Shown piece after piece: positions 49,975 to 62,333 of a DNA stretch of 64,000 bases. Position 1 is the first letter of the stretch, and each line of letters begins with the position of its first letter. Under the pieces are notes generated by a model, which worked only from the letters and a program-made list of their open reading frames with translations, was not told where the DNA came from and ran no database searches. Origin of the DNA: Lingula anatina (lineage: Eukaryota > Animalia > Brachiopoda). Position numbers and translations under genes: made by a program. The DNA lies in contig CM120648.1 in NCBI GenBank assembly GCA_051362555.1, positions 2,457,721-2,521,720 on the forward strand, read 5' to 3'.

Positions 49975-52665
49975 CAGTTTTAAAGGCGATTATATTAAAT
50001 AGGCCTTATTTTGAAAACGCATGGGTTTCCTTTCTGACAGGTTTTGTGTAGGACGATGCCTTTAAAGCTATATATTTTGATATCAGTTTTACAAAATTAA
50101 TCAATCACTTCATCTGATATAAAGTTTGACTCACATCAGTCAATTACGATTTGATTTTCAGAAGAGATGACAAACACTTGTTTTTCGTTTTACTTTCAGT
50201 TTAGTCATTACTTCCTTTAACAGTCAGATGGAATACTTTTAGGATATTTTGGATAGATCTAATAAGTTTGAAACGACTTCAGGACAGTTGGGTTTTACGT
50301 CATCGCGATCAACTGTTTCATAAATATTAAAATTAAAATATCTCACGATTATTACCGTCATTTTATTTTCTTACATATGTAAATAACGAACAAAATTTCA
50401 TGCTATTATTGCGTGTACGGTAGCGCTGTTGCCATCCCAGCGAAGAATTTTCTTATTATTTAACAAAAGACCGGGTCACAACATGGCGGCTCTCCGCAGC
50501 AGATGACGTCAGGACAGATTTCCGGTCTTGCCGGCCAGCGGTCCCAAGTCTCCAAGGATGAGAGACGTTTGACAGCCCCGACGTCTGAAGATGAAAACAT
50601 TCCATCGTTATGATAATGAACAACATGTGAACAGTTCATTATTGAATGCTTGCAAACGTTCCTTTTATGTGAAAATATAAGCAAATTGTTATTATCAGTA
50701 CCAAATACATGCACAGGACGCTAACATGCATGGGTGAAGTCAAACTCTTAAAGTCCTTGAAAAATACACCAACGAGAATTTTAATTGAACAGTTATTCCT
50801 GATAAAAATTGCTTACCGAATGGCAGCGCTGAGATGCCAGCAAACACCAGCATAGCGACTATTACAAATGGATATATGTGTCTCTGCAATATGAAAAGTA
50901 ATAAACAAGAATTGAAAAGTAAACAGACTAGACACAGTTTTGAATCATATCAGCGGGTGGTTTTTGTTCTACAGGTCTAGTCATGCATACAAAATGTAAC
51001 ATATGACCCTGCATCTAACGGAATACTCCCGAAGCGATTTTTATATATACGTTGTAGGCCTACTCTTTGATGTCTGTTCATAGCATATGTGGACTAGGTC
51101 ATGTTTGTAGCGTACACCTCGTCAATGCCTAATCAAGTCTCATTCACTAGTGGATTGACATGCCTTTACCGAAGTGACAGAAATGGTATTCCATCCCCCA
51201 TTACTTTGTTCCGGGGACATTTGCCCCATGTATATGGACCCAGATACTTCTGACCGACCGTAGCCTGTACTTATCATATGGAACCCCGGGCACTCATTCC
51301 TAAGACTACCATTTCTGCCACTCCGGCGTTACCCAGTACCTACCATATTTTGTCCGACTCCTTTCACGTAGCTTTACGGCAAATATTAGAACTTTATTGC
51401 TCTTTATTACTGTTCATATGTCCGGAGGCGGAAACTGATAAAATGGCTTGTGCTCAATATCCCGGTAAACCGGTAAATTCATTTACTAATGTCTAAATAC
51501 GTAACAATATGAACTATTGTAATTATGGTTCAGCCAGGCATATCTGGGGTCATTCTGAACGGATACATGAAGGATGCATTAAGGCCGTGTTCACAACCAG
51601 TTGATCCGCGAAATAACAAGTCTGTGGATCAAATATGGGGCGCATCTGTCAATGAATTCCGAGCACGGCACGCTTTCAAGTGTCGCGTCACATTTTATAC
51701 GTGTGTATGTTGTGTGTGTGTGTGTGAGTGAGTGTATGTTCGTGTGTGTGTGTGTGTGTGTGTATGTGTGTGGGCGATGAAGAATTCGGAAGTGTCCTTT
51801 TGTCAAAACTTCTGGCCAACCGTAAAATTTACTGATCGCATGGAACCCCGGAATTCCATTCCTGGTGTCTCCCAGCTTTCAGCCTGGTGGTGAATGAAGA
51901 TTGTGTTAGTTGCTATAACACATTCCACTTGTCGAATTATTGCTAGAATGCATTTGCTGTGCCGTGAAGCACATTATGTAAAAGCAACTTTTCCAACTCA
52001 CGAATCATTGGGCGATCTGTCCCTGCCTTTGAGAGTGCCATTTGGATCCATTTCTCATTAAATAACTTAGTTCTTTAAGGATCGTGGTTCCTCACACCGC
52101 ACTTTCTTCTGTGCACTACAAAAGGGAATATCGGCATAGCTTCTTTTGTTGGATGGTTTTATCGTTTTCAGTTTGAATTTGAAAATATATATACATGTAG
52201 CTTATAGTACACATTTTACCGGTAAAGCAATACGTCAAGTTGTTGGTCTTCATCTGGTAAATAAAATATTGCCGCTGGCCGTTCTAATTAACATGCTGCA
52301 TGTCGAAGACATCAGGCGACCGTCACCACTGAATGTGGCTTTAGGCTTTTACGGACAGTAAACCCATCTTAGCGCAGTAATTGTATTCTCGGTTGATTAG
52401 TCAGAGGCAGGCCTGAAGATGTTTTCTCCGATAGTCTCGTGAAATTACGCGCAACCTTCACAGGTGTACAGCCCGGGGTTAGAGAGATCCCTGGATCTAT
52501 AACCAATTAATAAGAATCAAAACAACAACTGTTATTTGATAATCGGTACTTTGAGTCACACTGAACAACAACAACAACAACAACAAAGAATTTTTAAGAT
52601 TGCTAGGGCGTTGCCTCATCCAGCGTCATGTCAAAGCATGCGCTGCTTCGGGGTTATCGTTAGTG

Positions 52666-52700
52666 TATATAAATACTGATCTTCGGGCTTCTGATCAGTC
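52666..52700 (+). promoter_or_regulatory. TATA box plus Initiator core promoter of the serpin gene
   Basis: TATATAAATA at 52666-52675 and TCAGTC at 52695-52700 with canonical ~30-nt spacing; ATG 50 nt downstream. Confidence 0.7.
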
Positions 52701-52749
52701 AAACTACTCGCCTAACAACGACTCGGTTGGGATCAAGGCCAGGTACAGA

Positions 52750-53868
52750 ATGAACCGTTTGTTCATAGCTTTCACCGTTTCCCTCGTGGCTCTCGTAGTA
52801 CAGGCGCCAAAATGCGCTTGCACAAGTCTCACCGTGGAGGAAAGCGTCCAAAGGGTGCTCAATTTCTCCACAACAGTCTACAGCAAATTGGCATCTTCCG
52901 GTTCCGAGGGCAACTTCATATTTTCTCCATTTTCCATTTGGTCCAGCTTGGTGTCAATGGTGTATAACTGTGTGACCGGACAGGCCGGAAAGGAACTGGC
53001 CTCATTCCTCGGCGTCTCTTACTACAGCAGCAGGCAAAACCAGGAGACGCTTTCCAACTACATCAAGGAATCCTTCTCGCGGCAGCAGGTGGACATGCAC
53101 GTGGTCAATCAGCGCCTGAGTGTCGACTTCACGAGCTCTTCGTGTGCCAATAGTTACAGGTTGCAGTGTAAGAAAGTCCAAGGGCAGTTTTTTAGCGCAA
53201 ATTTCTCTGATGACGAGTCGCGGGAGTGGCTCGGTGACGTCATGTGGTCGTATTTGGAATCCGATGATGCTAAGTCTGTGTTCGAGGACGACCAGTTTAA
53301 GGACGCCTCAACTAACTACGTCTTAGTGGACGCTATTCGTCTTGCCCAAAGCGCAGCATTGCGCTTTGGCTACAGCCAGCAGAGCATTCAAACCTTTAGG
53401 CTGGATAAAAATCAGGCTGTCCAAGTCACCTATATCGAAGCCAAGAAAGGCAGTGTATATTACACCGGCCTCCCAGACTACAAAGCCATTGCCATTGCCA
53501 TCCCGTTCGCATCCGGTTACATGGTTATCATCCGGCCTGATGATCCGGATGGTTTAGAATCCGTAGCGGAGGTTCTGCCTGAGCTAACGCTGACTGATCC
53601 GGCCGCAGACTGGGAACTGGTCCGAGTAGACAGTTTAATTTTTCCGATGATAGATTTCGGACTGGACAGGAGTTCTCACAGTGCGGCCGAGCTTGGTATA
53701 GGCAATCTGACCCTCTTTTCTCCGCTTGCTGGGGTCACTTCTTTCCCTGAAGGGGTTTACCTGGAAGATTTTCGCCACAAGTCTCTGCTCTCTTTGAAGT
53801 ATAATGGCGTTGTTAGCAGAGGTGACCCTGAACTGATCAAGGACGCTGAGGTGTTTCCGGAAATTAAG
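52750..53868 (+). CDS. Divergent serpin-family protein, exon 1 (signal peptide plus most of the serpin fold)
   Basis: Signal peptide MNRLFIAFTVSLVALVVQA; shutter motif GNFIFSPFSIWSSL; VLVDAIRL (s3A); TFRLDKNQAVQV; AIPF..YMVIIRP; donor AAG|gtattc. Confidence 0.85.
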
Positions 53869-54292
53869 GTATTCGTGTTTTTTCACATTTTGTCATTGAT
53901 AAATTTTCTTTGATTTTACTTTTTATTCCCACCTCATATGGAGTGGATTTGATTCAGTTCACAAACATAAAACACTAAGACACACGTCAGTGGCCATTTT
54001 TTTTATTTCAGTGAAATTTATCAAGATATGATTTTATATTATATTAGATTATGAAACTTAAATAAAATATTTTGGTTCTAAAAATATACATGAAGGTGAA
54101 AAGGTCAACTGGGCGGGGGTGCATATTTTTTTCAAGCGGGTACAAGGATAAAATTAATAATTCTATAGAAACTACAACAGTAAATGAAAACACGCTAGGT
54201 ACGGCAAAAGAGATGGGGGAATTTCTGTCTTGTTTTGTTTGCAGTGCTGCTAAAAAGAAGTTAAGAGAGGGGGGCACCCTTTTTCATTACAG

Positions 54293-54538
54293 GTTGACAG
54301 CCCTTTCCTTTTCTACGTGAAGCAGGATCATCTTCTTTTGTTCGTGGGGCGTGTCTTGGATCCCTCTCGTTTACAGGGACCCCCTGAAGAGAGCGCCACC
54401 GTACCACATGCTGTCAATGCTACCACCCAAGACACGACCAACCCCACTGGCTGCGCATGCCTAACGTGCCGAGACTGGAAGTCGGTATTGCTATTGTTTC
54501 TGACAGCTTGTCTTGTTTTACAAACAAATGCAAAATAA
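54293..54538 (+). CDS. Divergent serpin, exon 2 (serpin C-terminal signature, Ser/Thr stalk, hydrophobic tail); total 454 aa
   Basis: ttacag acceptor, phase 0; VDSPFLFYVKQDHLLLFVGRVLDP matches the serpin ADHPFLF..LF.GRV.NP signature. Confidence 0.85.
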   Translation, partial: VDSPFLFYVKQDHLLLFVGRVLDPSRLQGPPEESATVPHAVNATTQDTTNPTGCACLTCRDWKSVLLLFLTACLVLQTNAK

Positions 54539-56497
54539 AATTGTAAGGATATTGGAAAGCACCTGAGGCTGTCAACACTGCATGACACCCTACGGGACTA
54601 GAAAACACGCGAGAATCCGGATGAGGTGAGGGCTTGCCTCTTAGCAATGAGGATAAACTGTTTTCTCCGGGAAAATCATCTTAGAAAGCTATTCAAAAGC
54701 AAAATTAAACTTGGTGCATTACGTATTGTTATGCAAAAGACTTAATCTACAGAACTTTTAACAAAGAAAACAATGAGAAAAAAAAATACACTTTTATAAT
54801 ACTTTCAAATTTTATTCGCTGCCTCACTGGACTTGCCAGTCTGCCACTATTTCCCGCCCCACGTTCCTCGTGATTCAAAGACGTTGAGCTGGAGTATCAC
54901 AGATGATTCATGTTTGCTGTTTTTCGATAGTATTTATCACTCTAAATGTCTGATACAGGCACTTGTTGGTGATCAGTAGCGTTATATCTAATTTGTTGGC
55001 AGTATAATTCATAATTATCTTCATATTTATAATATGTATAACTTCTGAAAATCATACATTTCACTGATGATGTACTATTTTATTTCCGCTATATTTATAC
55101 TGTCATTCCAATGGCTGACATATAGACATTAGAAAACACAGGTTTATTTCAGGTTGTATAGATATTTTGATGACGAGATCTTTTTTTAATTTTAAAGTTA
55201 AACACTGTATATGGGCCGCATGTCCGGCTTGTATCGGCTATTTTAATAATTAGTTTTATCAGCTTTCATTTTATTCGATTTTTTGCATGTGTGCGTGCGT
55301 GCGTGCGTGCGTGCATGCATGTATGAGTGTGTGAGTGTGTGTAAATTAATCGCCCATGAAGCTTTGTAATATTTTCGTAAAAACAAAGCTTAGGTATGTG
55401 ACTACCTTTGTTAGCGCAATTTACTATGTATAATGTTGGATCAAATTTACGTATATTTGCTCTGTCCCAATTAAATAGACTTGTACAGATAATATGGTAT
55501 GACACATATGTACCCTTAACGCCGTTAACGTTTCAGATGCATTATTCTCAGATAAAATACACGACTATTTAAGGATAGATAATAAGTATTTGACGTCACG
55601 CAGCCAGTGTGACGTCATTTTATGACGTCACGGACATCGTGTTGTGATGATAAATGGAAGTAAAGGTACTTTTATCGTTGTGAACCGCCCGTCTCATGTT
55701 ATTTTTCTTTCTTTCTTACACATTACAATTCTTAGAATGAACTTAAAAATCCACTTTACCAATTTGACTGATTAAGAAATCAAATTCGTCACTCTTTAGT
55801 CTTTTCAATTAGCTCCCCTTTGTCTCATTCACAGTGGTTATACTTTTTATAACAGTGTTTGAGCTATAACTTTCTACCCTTGTCTTTTAATTTTGTGTAC
55901 TTCATTTTTTTCGCGATGGCATCAAAGTGCAAATGAGGCGATAGTATATTCACATATACCCTGTCTATTTGGTGCATTCTGTTTAATGCGCAGCAGCAGC
56001 AGCAGATCAAAGCGGCTTATGAACACATTTGGTTGTGCCAGCCCCCCCGTGCTCAACTAACGCATTCACTTAAATTCGGCTTGTAACAAAAACTTCTTTG
56101 CTTCTAGATGTATATTTAAAACAAAGGTTTATTTCTGGGTAAATAAATTAATAAAGAGACAAATGAATAAAAGAAATAACCCGCTTGTGATAACGCTAAC
56201 ACAATTAGTAACAGGTATCTCGTTTCTTCTAAATTTGTGATATCGTTTAAAAACAAACGGACAGGCAGGAAGACATACATTAACAGGCAAGTCAAATGAT
56301 TCACTCTTTTGACATTGAAACATGCCACATTCAAAGTTCCACAGAAAAACCGAGCTGTTTAATTGACGGATGTCACTGTCCCCGAGCAGATTATGTACAT
56401 TGACCGTTGATTAAAAGGCGTCTTTAGAGAATTCAGACCAGGACAAGCAATGGTATGTGTCACGTAGAACAATCAACAGATATCAATGAAATGAATG

Positions 56498-56716
56498 CCG
56501 AAGTCGTCCTATGCACCATCCATTGGGTAACCAGACACAGCATCAACCACTTAGCAAATCGACTGGCGGAGAGAGACGCAGGATAGAGACGCAGGGGGTG
56601 GCCCGCCGGCATGTTATTGAGAACTCATGTACAGGTGGGCCGCCCTGCGTCTCTGTACTCTCGAGTCACCTCGCGTTGTTATAAGTATAACCGCTAAAAA
56701 TACACGCACACGCTCA

Positions 56717-56764
<48 letters not shown>

Positions 56765-56857
56765 CTCATTCACTTTTTTGTTATGAACCCCGAAGTCGTC
56801 CTATTCACCATCCACGGTGTTACCAGACAGCGTATAAATCACGTAGAAATCAACTAA
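56498..56857 (+). repeat. Pair of ~65-bp diverged direct repeats (56498 and 56790) flanking a (CA)n tract
   Basis: CCGAAGTCGTCCTATKCACCATCCA...ACCAGACA...AATCRACT occurs twice. Confidence 0.75.
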
Positions 56858-57075
56858 CTAATTAACTTACTAGCTAGCTAGCTAATTACCTAACTTACAA
56901 AATAAATAAATAAATTAATTTGCCTCGCAATTTTAATATATCGTATATGCTAGTAAACATGATATCAGAAACGCATATTGCAGGGTGAAATATATTCACT
57001 CCAAAAAAGAAGCAGTCCGCATCATTGGCTTTTAACCGTCAATTGCGAAATTCTCCTTCATATTACGGTAGAGAA

Positions 57076-57124
<49 letters not shown>

Positions 57125-60100
57125 AAGAAAAACCAGACTTATGGATCGTGGTTCTGTGAACATGGACATGACATCCCATGGTGACATTATGAAAGAGCTT
57201 TGAAATTTCCAGAAAAAAAATACTTTTGCTGTTTTTAGAACCAACGCGGATTATTTGCTTCTTGCGTCTTCTCCACGTAGACAAGAAAAACATCTATTTT
57301 ACATCAAATACTATCGAGTCACCTCGCGAGAGCGGAAAGTCCGAGTAAATCCCGTGGCGCTGACCTGAGTGTATCCTTGGTCATTACAGGGCAATGAACC
57401 CCTAGAACCGAGAAATGATAGGTCATTTGCGTGTTATTCTGTAATTTGACGGCGATTTCAAATGACCTGTTGTTTTTCATTTGGCAATCCATGTATATCT
57501 GTTTTGTTTTTCCAGGTTTGCTATGAATGCACGCGTTTTTTTTTTTTTTTTTTTTTTGCTTCTCTGTGAAATGTACATTCCATTTCCATAAGAAAAATAA
57601 ATAAATAAATAGATGAGTAATACGAATTGCAATTCAGAAGAAAGATCAGCAGTTTTCGTCTGCAGGTATCAGAGGTAGCTAGTGTAATTGAAAGTTATTC
57701 TTGCGTAATTTACATATATGGTAAAATTAACCTATTACAGTTTTTTTTTCTAGTTTTGTTTTCTTTTCTTTTCTTGTTCAGTAACATGCAAACGGTAAAC
57801 GTATTTAGTTTTTCTGTATTGTTGCTCGGTTTGATTTTGAAACAAAAACTCAGACCTCTGCGGTTGTACATGTAACAAAGGCTCACGCCCCCAATGTTGT
57901 AACATATGCCGTCTCTGATGTTGCGTTACGTTGGAGGAAATGAGGCAATGCCGCGACAAGCTCTCGTGAGAAATAAGCAACAAAAGCACGAATACACTGT
58001 AATTAAGTCCATGGCAAGGGACACCAAAAGAGCCTTTCTTGTCATCTCTTTCTATGTACGGTAAGCCAGGTAAATGTTACACTAAGTTATGCTTTCATTG
58101 GATCGGTTTTTAAATAACACTTTCACGTCCGAAGTCTCGGATAAACTAGACCTGGGTGGTTGGTTGTCAGCACTTAATGAAAGAAATCAAAAAATTCATT
58201 TGCCTTCTTTTTATTTTGTAGATATGATGTTTTTCCAAGCCATGGCCTTTTCTTACAAGGTTTGCTAATGCTCTTCTCCATAGTCTGTAATCTTCTTTTC
58301 CGGTACATTCTGCAGCCTTGTATGTCGTCGACATGTGGTATTTATCAATACCGTAAATACTTTGTGTTATCTTTCTTTTTATATATTTATGAATGTACAA
58401 TTACTTTTGCTGTATTAAAAAAATCATGCATGAGGATAAGCAATAAACCGAAAGGAAGGAAAGAGTAGAAAAAGAAGGAGGGATGGGAGGAGAAACGAAG
58501 GGAAGAAGACACTTTATCTAGAACCGACTCCCACATCTGGAAATCGCCTGAAAGAAGGAAGTGTTTCTATTCTTTTCATGGAAATCTGACCCGCAGGATG
58601 TGATCAATGATAAAGTCTTCGTTGTATTATTACCAGAACGCTCAGATCGTATCTCCATCCCAATAACTCCCTCCTCCTTACTCACATCCGCTTCCTTGCG
58701 GTGCTCCGCATCATTCAATCATTCAATTCACGACAGAATCAGTCATTTATGTCTTATGTGTCTTAAATCCTTCTTTCAATAACCCATCGACATGTTTGGT
58801 CGATCTGATACTATTATTAGAACCACCAGGCACCCCGACTAATCTTCTCGTGGCCGGCAGCAAATGACACCTACAGTAGATGACTCTCTAAGTCTTCAAC
58901 TAATGTCTAAATATCAGGCCTGTCGTAAACTCTCTCGCAAGTTTGTTGCAATTCAGCAGCAATGTAATTTTTTTGCAAACTCGCTGCTGCAAACTATTTA
59001 TTTAGCTTATTCAGCCGCAGATGTAGAAGAGACGACACTTTCTATTAACTGAGTAAAATTTCCAACTGGTAGTTTTAATTAGTGTACTGACAGTCAATGA
59101 AAACGCATCATTTATTTATCAAATAATATTTTAAGTTCTTTGGCACATTAAGAAAATAACAGTTTTCGTGTGAAATATGTGAAATATGAAATAGTGGTTA
59201 GTCCACTCTCTTATGACCAAACAAGTGCATTTGTACTCGTTTATATGGTTGGAATCGATTTTCGGTAAAAAAAGTACAAGAAAGTTTTCTGATTCGTTTT
59301 CACTGACTGTCAGTATATCTATTTTGTGAATTTTTTTTATCCCCCCCCCCAAAAAAAAAAGCACAAAGTAGTAGGCTGACCTAAGAACAGACAGACAAGC
59401 GGATGGCAGCTGTGCGTTCTGGAATGAAGTTATACAAAAAAGTCTACAATAATTTACAAGTCCAAACAGGTGACGGCATGACCAGTTTTCAAAGTATTCC
59501 GACGTGACGGGGGTATTCGTATCCACTGTTCCTGACATTTGTAGCAATGAGGCACATTTTTTGTAGCTTCAGTCGAAGTGAGCTGCTTGAATTCAGTCCA
59601 CAGATGCCTGAACTAATGGATGAATACGGCACTGACTGAAAACACTATTAATGCCACAATTATATTCTGATGGCACATGTAATTCATCTATGTGGACTTT
59701 TGATTATGTATGTCACATACATGTTTCATACATGTTTTCACATATAAATAGTTTTCACTGATAAATAGTTTTTGATCTTTCAAGGTTGTGTAGAACGATA
59801 AGCCTTAAAAATGAGCATTTTTTGCCAATTAATTAGATTTTTGTATGAGTTTACTTTTGCACTACCGGATGGTTGCTTTCCATTGAGAGGCGAACAACGT
59901 TGGTACGTGTTGTGTTCAATACAATCGTCAATGCTTCATTCTCCCTCAGGCAATGTACATCGTACGATGAACCCATTCTGTACACTCACTGGAGTGCTCG
60001 AGCACGAAACAAAATGCAAAACAACCCTATCGTTCAACCTGTCAACAGAAGACATAAATCCGCCATTAAACATTCCTTCCAACTCCTCAGGAGCGTTGAT

Positions 60101-60447
60101 CAATCTAATACCGTCAAACCACGGGGAGTAATTAGGTCACCACCCTGTAAGGGCAATCTCCTACAATCTGTCTGGTAAGAGCTCGAATTCACTGTAATAT
60201 TTACTGTAATATTTCAACCTTATTTACCAAATATCAGGTTGTTTTTGAAAAACGGACCTTTTATAACATGTTTATTAAAAGATGAACGATTGTCACTGAC
60301 AGAGGGTTGTAATAAACCTAGCACAATGATAAATAGTCTTGATTTTTTTCTGAATCTGGAATATAAGCAGAGAGGTAACAACGGGTTGATATAAAAAGAA
60401 GATCAAAATCCGAGACGGAAAAAACATTTACCGGACACATAGCAATA

Positions 60448-60750
60448 CAGGGTCGGATCCAGGATTATTTGAAGAGGAAGGGGGGGTCCGTATTTTTAGG
60501 AATGACGCACCTAGGATTGTGAGGTCGGCGAATCTGACCCTCGCCCCTTTGGCGTAGAGTTCGGGGTCCGCTCAAGGTTCCGAAATTTTTTTGGTATTTT
60601 GGAGGGCAAACGGTGCCATTTGTTACGGTTTAGAACTATGATTCAGGTAGACTTTTTTGGTCCGATTTTTTTTCAGAAATTGGGGGAGGGGGGAGGGGGG
60701 GAGGGGGGGTGGTCAGAACCCAACTGACCTCCTTAAAGACGCATATGAAG
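60448..60750. mobile_element. Non-autonomous DNA transposon family B, copy 2
   Basis: CAGGGTCGGATCCAGGATTATTTGAAG start; internal TTGGTATTTTGGAGGGCAAACGGTGCCATTTG matches 41308-41340. Confidence 0.7.
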
Positions 60751-62021
60751 TCAATTTTTTGCCACAAAAACCAGCCAATGCCAGCATATAGTTTCAAATA
60801 GTATAACTAAGATTATTACGAAAAGACATTGCTTAATCTTACCCGAAAATTGATATTTGAACGGATTTTTTCTGCTTCCTTCCTATGCTGTATATTCATG
60901 GGACAGAAAAGTAGGTCACATAAGTAGGTTAATTTTCTGACCAAAAATTTAAAGAAAGGAGCAGTCTAAAGCTCTTTTATGGCTGATCGAGTGATTTATT
61001 CAGTTTATCCCTTGGCATGTCGACTTTATTTGAGTCGTATAAGAAGTGGTTTATATGTGGTACTGGGAAGCCACGCTCCACCGATGCTCGGTTCATATGT
61101 ACCTTAAAATCTGCCACTGCAGTACAAACCATGTCATGAATAAAGTGAAATTTTCAAAAACGAAATGATGGATGATTCCATTAACTTAGATGAACCGTTG
61201 TGGTATCATAGAAAATGTCAAAGAAGAAAATAAAGTCGACTGTCTTCATCAATCATAACATTTGAAATGAATACAGGCTTCGGAAAACTGTCAAATCTCT
61301 CGTTGATAAAGATACCACTTTATTTTCGTTATGCTGTGATGTCTACAAAGAATATTAAAACTGACAAAACTGTAATACGTGCAAATTAATTTTGTTTTTT
61401 TTTTTCTTTTTTCAAAAAGTTTGATTGTGTGTTTCTGCCTTTTATATCTCAAGCAAGTTTGTCTTTATAAGGTGTAGGCCTATAGTAGCTACAGGTAGTA
61501 TATCCCGTTTTCATTGCAATGCACGCACATTAAGGCTATACATGTGCATCTCACAAAACTTTTGGTTTCCCGAATGTAATTAAAAAAAAAAAAAAAAAAC
61601 GCTGTTTGAGACGCATGCCGTCGTCAAAATGGCACTCACTTTTATTTCATTGTAACCTTTCTTTTAAAAACGTTTGCAATTATTTCCTGCTCCTCTTACC
61701 CTGAGTGCCAGGGCACTATAAAGCTAGCTTGCTCACTATACCTTTTCATGTGTTGGCTTCAGAGTGCGGTATTGCTGATGTGGGTTATATATGAAATCAA
61801 GATCGAGCTGGTAATACCGAAATCTAGAAACTAGGGTAGCTCCTCTCAGCCTGCAGCGCCTTGTTTTACATGTAGCTTAACAAACATAATTCTGTGATCT
61901 CACATGATTGCCACACCTAAACACATTTCTAATCACATGAAGATCACTGCACTGCAAAGCTCATTTGATTCCATACCTTTCTCTGCAAGTACATGCGAAC
62001 GGCTAGGAGAAATAAACTTGG

Positions 62022-62333
62022 GGGACCATTCAGATTGAGAAGAGCCGAGTGCTAGTAAGACCGCGACCTAAATATGGCGGACCTACATGAAAGGAAGATC
62101 GCTTAATCCTGTAAGGGTCTTCCGCCTCTCACGCACCTCCTCACGCGTTGTCCCTCGACCGGCTGAATTGAGCCGAGATTTAATTATTTTGCCCCTGCAG
62201 GGACGCCGCGTGGGGAGGCGTGTGAGAGGCGGAGATACCATTACAGTATTAAGCGGTCTTCTTTTCATGTAGGTCCGCTATATTTAGGTCGCGGCCTTAC
62301 TAGCACTCGGCTCTTCTCAATCTGAATGGTCCC
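62022..62333. mobile_element. Long foldback MITE (312 bp), related to family A
   Basis: GGGACCATTCAGATTGAGAAGAGCCGAGTGCTAGTAAG ... CTTACTAGCACTCGGCTCTTCTCAATCTGAATGGTCCC; arms pair over about 130 bp. Confidence 0.88.

Noticed and set aside
52600-53913. ORF-track 437-aa version of the serpin
   Set aside because: It starts at a TTG upstream of the TATA box and reads into the intron; the ATG at 52750 and the splice at 53868 give a better model.
56498-56857. Spaced direct repeats as CRISPR or LTRs
   Set aside because: Only two diverged copies ~290 bp apart; no TG..CA ends, PBS or internal coding sequence.
59940-59942. In-frame TGA in the CUB-like frame read as selenocysteine
   Set aside because: No SECIS element or redox motif was recognised, and there are further disruptions nearby; a nonsense mutation or chance is more likely.
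62083-62272. Pair of near-identical peptides encoded on opposite strands
   Set aside because: A consequence of the palindromic MITE.
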